Origin: Proteromonas lacertae
Lineage: Eukaryota
Assembly: GCA_002245135.1 (NCBI GenBank)
Contig: NGBS01000891.1
Coordinates: 62,001-101,371, forward strand
Length of the DNA stretch: 39,371 nt
Reading direction: 5' to 3'
Below, piece after piece: positions 1-12,546 of this stretch. The position numbers and the translations under genes were made by a program. The notes beneath the pieces were generated by a model, which saw nothing but the letters and a program-made list of their open reading frames with translations, did no database searches and was not told the origin of the DNA. How positions within the stretch are numbered: position 1 is the first letter of the stretch; each line of letters opens with the position of its first letter.

Positions 1-3000
1 CTTTGTTCTTCAATTTTGGATTATTAACATTTGTTATATGTTTGTTATTAATAACAGCATCAGTTGTATTTATCTTCTTTTCTGATGATGATGATGATGG
101 AGGTGGTGGTGGTGGAGGTAGGTTAATGACTTTATCATTATTACTGTTTAAAACTTCATTCAATACATTTTGTAATTCATTTATATTAACTTTCAGTTTG
201 TTATTAGTATCTTCTAATCTTTCTATTTCTTTCTTATAATTCTCTTTAGATTCATTATCACTTTCAAGAGATAAAATCTGAGATCTTAATAGTATAATTG
301 TGTTATTCAATCTATCTTTTTCTATTCTATTATTCTCAAGTTCATTCTTCAAATCGTTATATTTAGTTTTTATTTCATCTAATTCATTATCCAATACACT
401 AATTGTCTCTTTGAGTATTACTTTTTCATCTTCTGATTTGTTGTTTGACATATTCAGTAAGGGAGAAAATGAAGATTTTCTTCTTTCATTTTCATTTCTA
501 TTGCTTAACTCTTTCACTTTATCATTCAGTAACACATTTTCATCCTTTAATTCTTCTATTTTTAATTCAAGTGATGCTATTTTACTAGAATTCTGTGATA
601 TATTTAGTGATGAATTTATTCCTGAAACATCTGCATTATTGTTTATATTATTCAATTTATTGTTTAATATATCAATTTCATTATACAATAACTTCATCTC
701 TTCATAATTACATATTCTATCAGGATTCTTATGAGTAAATAAAGACTGTGGTATATCTTTTATTATTGATGAATAAATAATGTTTCTACTAATTTTGATA
801 TCCTGATTTATTTCTCCAAAACTCATTTTTTCTTTGTTAATTATATTTGCTTTACAATTTATGAATTTAAGTTTTTTATTACTCATTATGCTCAATTCAA
901 ATTTACTTTCAATTGGGTTGTATGTAGATGGAACAACTATATATTTATTCCCTTTAATTAATTCTATTTCATAATCACTATATATCACTCTAGTTTCACT
1001 TAGATAGAATTCTTCAGGAAATTCATATAAACAATTGGATTTGTTTATAATAGATTCTAATGTTTTATTATCACTAAATTCAAAAACTGTTAATCTCATT
1101 CCCTTTGAGATATTTTCATCAGAATATAGGCTTAGAGATAATTTTGTATTATTCTCTATTACTTCAAACACAAACTTCGGATTTTTTTCAAACTTTTGGA
1201 ATTTTCTACATCCTACGTTAGTTCCATTTGAACTACTCCACTCACTATTTATAATATAATTTACTCTATTTTCATCATAATATGGAATTCTACTAACCTT
1301 TATCATCTCACCACTTTCAATAATTGCTTTAAATTCACCAATTTCTTCACATTTATATGTCTGAGGTATAAACACATATTTTCCTATTTCAAGTTTCTTT
1401 GTTACAACTTCTTTATATCCTATAATAATTATATATATATATCATACTGCTAGAAAAAGAAGTTGTATGAATTATAATTTTATTTTCAGCTTGAGAACTA
1501 TGAGGAACTCTATTCTTACATTTAAATATTGACATTCCTAAATGAATATTTACATTTTCACTTGAAAGATTTATGTATAATTCAGTAGCAGCTATTACTT
1601 CTATTAGATACTGAGGCATTCTACCTATTTCACTGTTACTATTTATATAATAATCTAATTAGTATACTTTCCGTTATTACTTTCATTCCATTCATCATTT
1701 ATTACATATTCATACCATAGTTGCATATTTTCATTCTCATTACTGGCTGGTGTTGTTATTGGAGAATGAGCAACTCTACTTGCAGCTGAAGATGATAATC
1801 TGACACTCTTTCTAATATTACTCTTATTCATATCAGAATTACTAGTATTAAGACTATTATTGTTATTATTATTCAATAATTCTGTCTTTAATTCTTTTAT
1901 TTCATTTTTTAATCTTTCGTTTTCTTCTCTCATACGATTCTGCTCATCTTTAATTGCTTTCATTGGAAAGGCTATACTATTACCTATTATACTTTGTCTT
2001 TGAATTGAAGACTTTCTTCGAAATATAGAATTTTCTAAGGCATTCTGCATCATCTCATTCTTTAATTCTTCTCTTTCATTTAATAAACAACGTATATGTT
2101 CATGTAATAATTTGATTTCTTCATCTTTTGTTTTTCTTTCTTCATCCATTACATCGTAATCCTTTATTCCTAAAGACATTCGTTTAATATTATTCATATG
2201 CTTATCATTGATTTTCATTATTTTACCATTCTTAGTATTAAACAATAATGATTGTTGTAGTATTAGAGAATCATCTATTTTATTACACTTCTGAATAAAT
2301 CTGGGGTTCTTAGATATTAATTTCAAATGTTTATTGTTACTATTACCAGTTAATATTATAGAGGTGAATAAATGAATTGTATATTCTCCTTCCATAGGAT
2401 CAAACGTTGATGGAACAATTATATAATTACATCCACTTTCTATTGCATTTATTTCACTGTATAAATACTTCCTGAATTTGCTGTAAACATGATTTGATTC
2501 AACAACTGCTTCATTATTATTTAGATTGTTAATTTCATTTATGGAATTCAATATTCTATACATCGCACATTTATATCCAGTATTTTTGTATATATTTGCT
2601 GAAATTCCTAGAATTATCTTTATATTTTCATTATTATTATCATTAGGAATTGTTACTCTTATTTTTGGATTATTCTCATATTTTCCATAATTACTACAAC
2701 CAGCTGCGGTATTATCACTTTTTAACCATTTTCCTTCATATATATAATGATTCAAATATTCATCATAGTATTTACATCTTTGAACATGTATTTGACTTGC
2801 ACATTGTATACAAATATCATATTTGCCTTTACTACCATGATAACTAGTTGGACATAAGATATATTTACCTACGCAGATTTCACTTAAACTCAATTGATTA
2901 TATTCATAATGGTATGATTCATTTTCACACAATACTAAATCATTAGTATAATCATTTACTCTTTTATCACTCTTTAATAGTGATAATTGACTTGCTAAAT

Positions 3001-6000
3001 CTTTGTTGGTATTAATATAAATATATATTGATGTTAAACTGGGAATTGTTATTAAATACTGAGGCGTACAAGAGAAATTTGAAGTTCCTTCAGTATTATA
3101 ATCATCCCATTCATCTTTAATATGAATATTAGTCCAATTGTTTATTTCATTAATCTCATATTCACTATCTGCTCTACACTTTAATACCATACATTGTACA
3201 GATTTACATCTATTTATATTATATAATTACTAATAGTATATATACGGTTCAAGTATTGGTAATAGAGTATAATAGCCAGGTGATAATGACAGTGTGATTG
3301 TGTCTATAGTAAAAAAATAAAATCTTAAGCATATAATACTTCCTTCTTTACCTGCAAATCTATTAATCATTTCATAATCTGTTGGTCGAAATATATGAGT
3401 ATTCTCATTCTCTACTTTATATATTTGAAATTCACTTATGTGTGATATTGTTTTACATTCTAACAACAATAAAGACTTTTCATCTTTATTGTCTTTACCT
3501 TTTGTCTTGGGTATTGATATATTCCACTGATTATCACATGTTGCATGATGTCTATAATATAATAAATTTTAGATATTTATACGGATCATGATTATGAAAT
3601 GTATTGACTATCTCTTTCCATTCATTAGATAACAACATCTTCGCTTCATTTAAATCTATTTTAGAATATTCTATTTCTTCATTTGTCCATATCATTATAT
3701 TATAGTTTTCTATTCTACATCCATCTTTTGCTATAAATACAAGTATATAATCACCTTTTTCTACATTCTTAGCTATTGAATAATTCGCTATACAAATAAT
3801 AGTTATGTTTAGATATACAGTATGATTTAGTAATTCTAGATTCAATATCTTCACCTATCATTGGAATATCACTATCCAAATCATATATATGAACTGAATA
3901 ACTATCATTATCTTCATCATTTACACATTTTATAAAGATATTTGTCTCTTTTAATACATCTATTCGATATTGGCATATTCTAGTATATCTATTTGTTGGT
4001 ATTATATTATCATAATCTATATCATCATTTATATTATATTTATATAGCGATTCTATTTCACTAAATGAAATCATATTAATATCTGTTGGTGATTGAATAC
4101 TAACATTAACTGGAGTGTTGTCTTTATTACTATTCCTTATATAAGGTATGAATACATAATTCCCTTTATCAAATTCATGTTCTATTACACTTCTCTCATA
4201 TTCACTATTTATAATCAATTCTTCATTATATTCACCATCACAAAATACTCTCTTTTCATCTTTTATTTTATACACTCTACCTCCAATTTTGGCTTTTTCA
4301 CAAGACAAATCAAAGAATATAACCTGATTCTTTGTTATTCTTAAAACAAATTGTCTTAAAGGATAAAAACAAAACTCAAACTCTTCATTTTCTTTCTTCC
4401 AATTATACTTTTCAATACATGTTTTTTCATATCTTTGCATTGATAAAAGTTTATAATTTAGAATCAAATTCTGGCAATATGTTTTTATTGTGAATTTACA
4501 TGTCTTAAATGAATTGGTTCGTAGATATATAATGACAATAAACTGAGTAGACTTTTCAATCTTTTTAAAGATAGATGTGATTCTTTGTAAATGAAATGTT
4601 CTTGATATATTATAATCTAATAGTCTTTTACATTTTTCATCTTCTACTTCTATTATATCAACCGAATATTCTCTTACTGATTCTTCTGGTCCTTCTGTAT
4701 GTTCTTCAATTTCAAATGCTAAATTGCTGTTTTTGTTCTTTGTATTATCACATTTTACACTAAATATATACTGTTCTCTAAAATAAGGTAATCTTGGTAT
4801 TAAGCCAGGTAATTCTATGTTCAAACTACCATTATATGGATATATTCGATTGTTATATCCTACTGTTAATTTCTCCATATCGGGTATGAATTCCTTTAGA
4901 TTTATCCATAACACTTCTACATTCTGATAGGCAAATTCTAATTCTGGTGAAAATGACATATACTAATAACATAAGATATATATATATATATAAGTAATAA
5001 GTAATATATATATATATATACTTCTCTAAATGTCGAATTATTCCATATTGGGTTATCACTTCCCCATCTTCCTGTTACACCATGAGAATTACCAATTAAT
5101 AACCAATAATCACCTTTATATTCTCTCATCTAATATATGAAATAGAATATATTGATCTATACACTAAGTACTGGAAAATTGTGATTAAAAACAATATTAT
5201 GATCTAATGATCCTTCTTCCTTTGTTGATATTGTCATAATTATATCACCATTATTATATAAATCACATAACATTGATGAGATTGATTTAAAGTTACTTAA
5301 TAAAGTATCTTCACGATATTCTCTTACTATCCAACCAGTGAAACTTGATAATGCATCTGTAGCATAATAACCTTTAATATCATAACCACCATAAATCTAT
5401 ATAGCAATAATATTTTAATGAAATTATACTTTTAAAGCAGCTTTCTCTATCAATGAAACCCACATTTCATCTAATATAACTGATTGCCCACTTACCAATG
5501 AAGTATGAGATCTTACTAACAGTTTATCATCAATTATAACACTTCTATAACAGCCATTCACATAGAATTTAATAATATATTTACCATAAGGATTATATAA
5601 TGGATTACCAAATTCATCTTTTGGATAAATCATATCTTTCAAAAATGTACTACCATATATACACATATGATTTGCACAACTTATAATAGCACTGATAATA
5701 GGACAATCTCCGATTTGATTCTATTGATTACATTATATATTATCATTATTATTATTATTTCTATACTTGTTTAACAGATGGTGCTAGAAAATCATGAACA
5801 ACTGATGGAACTGATGTATAAAACTCATGAGGTCTTAACCATCTCGAATGTTCTAGAATATTAGAATCCGTTAAATAATCATATTCTTCCTCATAAAATT
5901 CATGTCCACCTAACGTATACTGTTCTAATAAAACTTGTTTTAGTGAAAATGGTGCAAATGTTTCAGATCCTATGAATGATGATGAATCTAGAATTTCATC

Positions 6001-6574
6001 ATGAATTTCTTCTTTTTCTAAGTCTGGATTTGGGATATCTACATTTGAATCATTAATATGATCATCTATATATTGTTTGAAGGAAAATATATCATCTCTA
6101 TATACAGTTGTATAAAAGAATTAGTAGAATATACTGATAGAACAATGAATCTGACACATATTTCAACATTGATTGTGCTCTAGTTAGTAGTGATATTTTT
6201 TTACGATTTAGACCATATTTCCCAAGCGTCTTTGAATATTCTACACAGAATTTGAGTTTAAATAAATCCATAGGAAATATTGGCTTTGCAGATGGAAGTG
6301 ATTGAGATAGTGATGCTGCTTCGAGTATGGCTTTTTCTGAAACAATTCCAATTTGTTCCAAAACACGTTTAAAAGTCCTAGGACATTATATCATTTTATA
6401 TACGAAATTGGAGTAGTATGATCAGCAAGTAAATCATATAATATTTGGAAATAAACACTTCTGGCATAAACATATTGATTCTCTTTCTCTAATTGTTTGG
6501 CCTAAGAAATATATATCAGAAAATAATACTTTTTCAAGCCATAAATTCGTATCAAAATTCTTCTTTCTCACCAT
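1..6574 (-). CDS. CAPN7: Giant calpain-7/PalB-like cysteine protease: N-terminal MIT-like helices, CysPc core, ~8 calpain domain-III (C2L/CBSW) repeats and two coiled-coil segments; 13 short introns; 3' end beyond the window edge
   Basis: ATG at 6574. The spliced translation gives WLRPHEF...KQ|NQIGDCPIISA (Cys codon 5703-5705), NPYGKYIIKFYVNGCYRSVIIDD, WVSLIEKAALK|IYGGYDIKG...FTGWI, NHNFPVLS|MREYKG..LLIGNSHG (His 5181-5183, Asn 5088-5090), matching the calpain-7/PalB pattern. ORFs 6098-6361, 5424-5666, 3769-4959, 3552-3854, 3230-3469, 1655-3190 and 1413-1619 join in frame through GT..AG introns (e.g. 5130-5162, 4963-5021, 1420-1447). The last exon is open to base 1 (poly-Pro/poly-Ser near 80-120). 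Confidence 0.88.
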
Positions 6575-6794
6575 CAATTCAAAAATTAATTATTGAAACG
6601 ACTCAATATTTTGAAACAATTAAATATACTATATCATGGATTATGTTAGTTATAAACTATGTATCATACATCAATATATCGTTTTCATGCGTTTCTTCTA
6701 CAAATTATAATGTGTCAACAAAATATGGATTGTTTTGGTTAAGAATCAAACAATTGTCAAGCTTTTTTACACTTCATTTTATTTTAGAAGATTT

Positions 6795-8076
6795 ATGCAG
6801 CCTGCTAACGGTCTTGTATTTTTATTAATTTTATATGTGATTATTGTAGATTGAAAGAGTGCAATTAGCGTGTCCTGAGTTAAGTTCATTTACTAATTTA
6901 CCTGCTGTCTTTAATGATATGACATTAATTGATCCTATATTGCATTATATTAAAGCTACAAATGAGCAGATCATAAGACAAAAAGATATGTCTCTTTTTA
7001 GTGAACTGTGTAATATGCAGCCTATATCTCCATATACAATCAAAAATTTTGTTGATACAACAAAGGATATAATAAATAGAGTTTTACAGACAGTGCAATC
7101 ATCACCAAAGAGTAATGAGATTTTTCAATCTTTAAAGTCTTTATATGAAGTGGCATTTCATTTTGCAAAAGAAAATTCAGACCTGTATACACCAGATGTA
7201 TTTGTTTTTGTTTATTATATATGAAATAGTTATTACAACTAAATCAGAGAATAGCAGAAGCAGAAAGAAAGAGTTATACAAACATTCAATTTCAACAACC
7301 ACAAGTTGTTCCTCAGATGCAAACCCAAAGTTGGGTTAAACATCCACCAAGATTTGATGATGGAAAAAATGAAGGTAAAATGGATATTTCTCCACTTCCA
7401 CAGAATGGTATGAATGTAATAAATACAATACCTCAACCAAATTACCCTAATAATAATAATAATAATAATAATAATCCAGTTGGATATGGTGTAACTCCAG
7501 CATTTCAAATACCACCACAAGATGCACCACAAGGTGGATTTATTAATCCACCGATTTCACCACCAGTACAACCTGTAAACAGTTATCCTCAACAACCACC
7601 AATACAACAGCCATTAAATGGAAGTTATCAACAACAACCTCCACAACAACAATATAACCCTAATTTCCAGAATTATCAACCTCCACAGCAACTACCTGTA
7701 AATGGAAGTTATCAACAACCACCTCAACAATATTATCCTCAACAGACACCACAACAATCAATGTATGGAATGCCAAGAGGAATAACTTCGCCAGTTTTAC
7801 CTCAAAAGAAAGTATATCCAGAATATACTTCAGAAATGCATTATAGAGAAAATCCACCACTCAATGCACCTGCTGAATTAAAACAATCTCAACAAGCAGT
7901 TACTCAACAGTTATTTCAAGGTATTGAATTAATTGAAAAGGGAAGAATTGGTGAAGGAGTTACAATTTTAGAACAGATTTATCCATGTATATATATTATT
8001 TTTATTATATTAAATAGATCTTGATGATAAACACAAACAACAAGTGTATCAAATTATCACTAAATACAAAAAGTAA
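6795..8076 (+). CDS. Protein with helical N-terminal domain, long P/Q/N/Y-rich low-complexity linker and short helical C-terminal domain; possibly a divergent Vta1/LIP5
   Basis: ATG 6795 (MQPANGL), intron 6816-6849, ORF 6859-7224, intron ~7198-7229, ORF 7317-8024, intron ~7987-8017, then a final exon YLDDKHKQQVYQIITKYKK* (TAA 8074-8076). The gene model is well supported; the Vta1 similarity is architectural only. Confidence 0.7.
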
Positions 8077-8169
8077 TTCTAATTACTGTCAATATATATA
8101 TGATTTTTTTAATTTCTTTATTCTTATTTTTCAAACAAAGTATTATAAAATATATTAATAATTAAAAAT

Positions 8170-9914
8170 TTAAACTGTAGTTTTAAATTTATCACCAACA
8201 TATATTGCATTTTCAACATATGCTTCTTCTTTTCTAATAAATTCATTACAAAACAATAAATTTGTTGAACTTTCAATTCCACCAGTTGTTATCATATTAA
8301 ATCTATTTCCCATTGAATATTCTAAAGGGAATAAATCATTATATCCTCCTTCACTTACATCAAGTACCATTCCCCATCCTTCGTTTTTACATAATTTGGT
8401 GATGGTTATACCATCCCAAACAGTTGCTAAATCATGTAATCTAACTCTAACACAATTACAAGTCTGATTTTCCATTGCATTTGTTATATTTCCTAGTTTA
8501 CTAACAATCAAATCACCTCCAATAATCTGCCTTTCATTTCCATATGATTCAGTAAACGCTCTCCATAATTCAATATCAGCAGCAGCATAAGGATCTTCTA
8601 TTGATATAATCTGTGGATATTGATCTAATAATGTGGTATAATAACCTTGTAGCACTGTTCCAGGTACTTTCTATTTATAAATAATAATAATAATATTAAT
8701 ATATACATTTTCAACACCTCCTCCTTTCTTTCCTTTAGCAGCTGGTGGTGCTTTTGATGGACTTCCTTTTTTTCCTGCTGGTAATCCTTTTTCTATACAT
8801 GGAGGTAAAACATATCCTGCAGTAGAAGGATCTTCGCCTGGCTGAGCGTACTATTGAATATATATTGTAAAAATATGATTATATATATATATACTCTGTA
8901 TAGTTTTTCAGCTTCAAACTTTATTCCTATTTTTATTTTATCATTAAATTCATTCTTTTCAATCTGGTTAATTACAAATTTAATCAATTCTTCATCACTT
9001 ATAAAAGTTTCTGGGATATATAGACAATGTCCAACACTATAATTTGATACAAACTATTCATAAAATAGAAATATATAAGACAATACACTCTCACTATATT
9101 CTTCTTTTATAACCTTTGTTATTCTCATTTTCAATTCTGTTAATGCTTTTACGGCGTCTTTTACACTAGTAAATCCTATTGGAATTAATCTTATTTCTTG
9201 TATGATTAGATTGACACATCCATTTGGAGGATGTACAAACAACGTTGGTGATATGACTGGGAATATCATATTATCTATTGGACATTCACATAAATTTAAA
9301 ATATGTTGCTCTACAGGGATATGAAAACTTTTTGCACCAGCTTTACATACTGCTGTTGATACTGCTAATATTGAGTTTCCTCCGATTGTCTCTTTATTAT
9401 CACTAGGATCAGATAATCTTAATGTATTATCTATAGCTTCTTGGTCTGTTGCTGCTTTGTCTACTACCTGAGGTGCTAAATCATTGTTTATTCTACCAAT
9501 TGCAGAAGTGATTCCCTTTCCATCATATTCAAGTGGATTTTGATCTGTCAAATGAACTATACCATGCGGTTTACCATTATCAACAGTAGGGACAGTAGAA
9601 ATAAAATCTCCACATTCAGTAGTCAATGTCACTTCTAAAGTAGGATTTCCATCTCTATATCAATTAATATACAGAATATACAATCCATAAACTTGTCTAG
9701 CTGTACATCTTCTTATGCCTTTATGAAGTGCAGATTTATCTCTCAATAATTCAGACATATACAGATAAGGATCTTCAGGACGTACTTTTAATGTATCATT
9801 AATAAGTTCATTCATATTTTCTTCCATTTTATGATGAAGCATATATGAATGAATTTCTTCTAATCCATCTGAAGCAGGGATTTGGTTATCAGGAACATCA
9901 TCATCTGATTCCAT
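8170..9914 (-). CDS. ENO4: Enolase-4-like pseudo-enolase with N-terminal RIIa/Dpy-30-like docking domain
   Basis: ATG 9914. N-terminal MEENMNELINDTLKVRPEDPYLYMSELL is RIIa/Dpy-30-like. Enolase fold motifs: ARQV..GNPTLEV, YDGKGITSAI..IN..LAP, DQEAIDNTL, NKETIGGNSILAVSTAVCKAGA, IISIEDPY, QIIGGDL, YVGDKF. K/G/P-rich insert (PAGKKGSPSKAPPAAKGKKGGG, ~8710-8790). Four short introns join ORFs 9660-10004, 9054-9632, 8793-8987 and 8170-8655. Confidence 0.85.
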
Positions 9915-10064
9915 TAGAAAAGAAAGAATAAAGAAAAAACGATTATTTTCAAACCTAAACTTGTTCAATTTAATTTTGAATTTTAAATTTAAATCAACAA
10001 CCAATAAATGTTCACAATTAATTATTATTTACTTATAAATAAATTACAATGAAAAAATTAAATA

Positions 10065-10452
10065 TTACCACTTCTTGTCTTTATCTAACACATTCTGTAT
10101 TTCATCTAAAGTATTCTTCCTTGAATCATCTATATCTTTAACTGGATACTTCAAATATTCCTAATTCAATAATATAAAAACAGTTAATAATATATACCAT
10201 TTCATCATCAACACATTTATTAAAATCATGCCATTGTGTAATACAATTTCTTTTTCCTGATCTTATGCAAGCTAAATAAACTCCCATATAATCTGAACAT
10301 ATATATTCCGCTTCCTTCCTTCTTCTATAAGCAGGAGTAGGTTTCATTCCCACCATTTGCATTCCTTTCGCTTTTGTTTCATCACGAATTCTTGCTAGTT
10401 CATCATCTGAAATATCAGTACTGTTTTTATTTGGTTGTTTCTCATCAGACAT
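10065..10452 (-). CDS. Small twin-CX9C (CHCH) mitochondrial intermembrane-space-type protein, Cmc1-like
   Basis: C-SDYMGVYLA-C-IRSGKRN-C-ITQWHDFNK-C = CX9C-X7-CX9C. One intron (~10161-10197), then EYLKYPV...DKKW* (TAA 10065-10067). Confidence 0.78.
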
Positions 10453-10615
10453 CTCTTCTTATTTCTAATTTATTAAAATTTGCAAAATGTTGATGATATG
10501 ATGTTATAAAAATAAGTATTAACCTAAAATATACAACAAACAACAAGAATTAAGCAAATGAAAATAATACACAAAGACAATCGTATTTTTGTATTTTCAT
10601 TCTTCTTTTTTTCTC

Positions 10616-11103
10616 ATGGTATTTATTATTCCTTCTATCATATAGGACGCTAATGAAATTCCAGTATTAAGAGAGCCGATCGATAGATTAAGGTATGGCA
10701 ATAGAATGGCTACTGATAACATTCAAGTACATCCTTTAGAGCACTACCTTCAGAGAGTATAAACATAAGGCTTTTATTGTAGTTACCTGCTAATGAATTT
10801 AAAGATAGAATGAAGTTACATAGAGCATTATTCGGCAATGCTGTAATAATGAACTATATTATTGTTGAATAGGCTGCTATGAGAATTGAATTTGAAAAAG
10901 ATATATTAATGCAATTTCAAAGACTTCCAGGTATTCCAAGCAGTTTCCTAGGAGTTCATACAATTTTAAACGATGATGACGATATAGATATTGGTGAATT
11001 CTTTAATTGTATACTTTGTTTAATTATATACTCACTAGATGATTCTCCCAATTTAGAAAAGTTTACAGTTCATCAACAAATTGAAATGAATAAACATTTT
11101 TAA
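10616..11103 (+). CDS. POMP: Proteasome maturation factor Ump1/POMP
   Basis: ATG 10616-10618 is followed immediately by intron 10619-10645. Spliced protein: M|DANEIPVLREPIDRLRYG..VHPLEHYLQR|..RMKLHRALFGNA|AAMRIEFEKDILMQFQRLPGIPSSFLGVHTIL..DDIDIGEFFN. The HPLE, FG..A.MR..E..I, RLP.LPSS and D.I...F pattern is diagnostic of the Ump1 family. Confidence 0.9.
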
Positions 11104-11217
11104 ATAAATATTCTTATATTATTATTCAGTAGTTTATTGTGGTTTTACTTTAGACTAAAAAAAGAACAAAATATAACAGAAAATATAATACATTTTTAAA
11201 TTTATTTATCATAAGGT

Positions 11218-12546
11218 TTATGCCAATGGAACAAATCCATTATACTTCTGTATCTTCTGAGTACACATAAAATTATAAGTAATTTCAGCAATAGATTCAA
11301 CTAAATAAGTTCCATCACAACTGCCATGATATTTCATCATTCTTGATATAAAAGGGCATAATATACTACAATCAGTAAAACTAAGATTCTCTGTATTCTC
11401 ACAATGATAACAAATACTATCTTTATTACTACAATGATATAATTTCAACACTTCACTTCCAGCAGGATGTCTTGTTACAAAATCTGAAATGAAATATAAT
11501 TGTGGTTTATAAGATATATTACAATTATTGTTATTATTATTATCATGAAGAGGTAAACACCATATATCCATCGAACTTGAACTTGTGACTCTTGGATCCA
11601 TTATACTTGAATAATATGCAGTTGTACCACCAAAACTATGGCCTGTAATGTGAATGTTTGCCATATCAATTAAACCATTTAAAGGATGAAGAATTACACC
11701 ATCATTTATATCCTATTTAATAAATAAATAGATTAACATACTGACATTTCATCAATTGTTGCTGATATTTCTTGACTTCTTTGCTGTAATTTCTGTTTAA
11801 TAACATCTAACTTCCCATTCTTCACACTTTTATAATCTATATTATCATAATATATTTCTTCACCATTTGGTAGTTTTGTATAAGTACAAGAATGATCACA
11901 ATGCTCAAGACTAATGACTATTGTACCTCTACTACATAATTCTAAACAATATTTACTCTATTCGAATAAATTATAACATAAATACATAATTATCTGGTAA
12001 TCCATTAATTCCATGACTAAATATAACCAATGGATATGGTCCATTCGTCTTATCAACTGCACCTGGTGATACTCTTAACTTTAACTCTTGTATAAACAAC
12101 GTAAAGTACTTTGGCCACATAAATGTCTTGATATGAATTGGAATTACTTCTGTATGTGCATAATATTGGGTTAGCTTCTGTTCATCAACTTGAGTTGGGT
12201 AATATATACGACACATTACTTGATTTTGAGATCTATTAATACAGTAATATTCAATTCCAACTCTATATTTATTTTTTGCATTTGGCACTATTTTAACATC
12301 ATTCATTGGGAATATAAAATCCAGCACCAATGTGGCTAATATTCCAGCAAGCATTATCAAAAAGTCAAGAACAACGGAGGGTTGAAGAATAAAATAATCC
12401 ACAAAATGAATAAATGTTACAAAACATAGCGGAAAAACTTGAAATCTAAACCTTGAATAGTACCATACATTCAAATACACAACGAATAGGAATCCATTCA
12501 GAAAATCTAGAATTTAAGCTTATAATTATATACATATTTGGTACAT
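11218..12546 (-). CDS. Platelet-activating-factor acetylhydrolase-like alpha/beta hydrolase with N-terminal membrane segments
   Basis: Motifs RIYYPT, PYPLVIFSHGING, Y|SKYCLELCSRGTIVISLEHCDHS, GHSFGG (nucleophile), MDIW (acid), KPQLYFISD and ENLSFTD. Three short introns. ATG 12546 gives an in-frame spliced model; the upstream ATG at 12595 does not splice in frame with canonical sites, so the start is uncertain. Confidence 0.82.

Noticed and set aside
3..1259. Plus-strand ORFs 3-239, 300-707 and 1035-1259 (F/S/L-rich, poly-D/G)
   Set aside because: They are antisense shadows of the K/E/N-rich coiled-coil last exon of the calpain gene.
7440..7770. AAT and CAA/CCA-rich repeats, including the duplicated AATGGAAGTTATCAACAAC
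   Set aside because: Ordinary coding low-complexity sequence (poly-N, NGSYQQ duplication) within a disordered linker.
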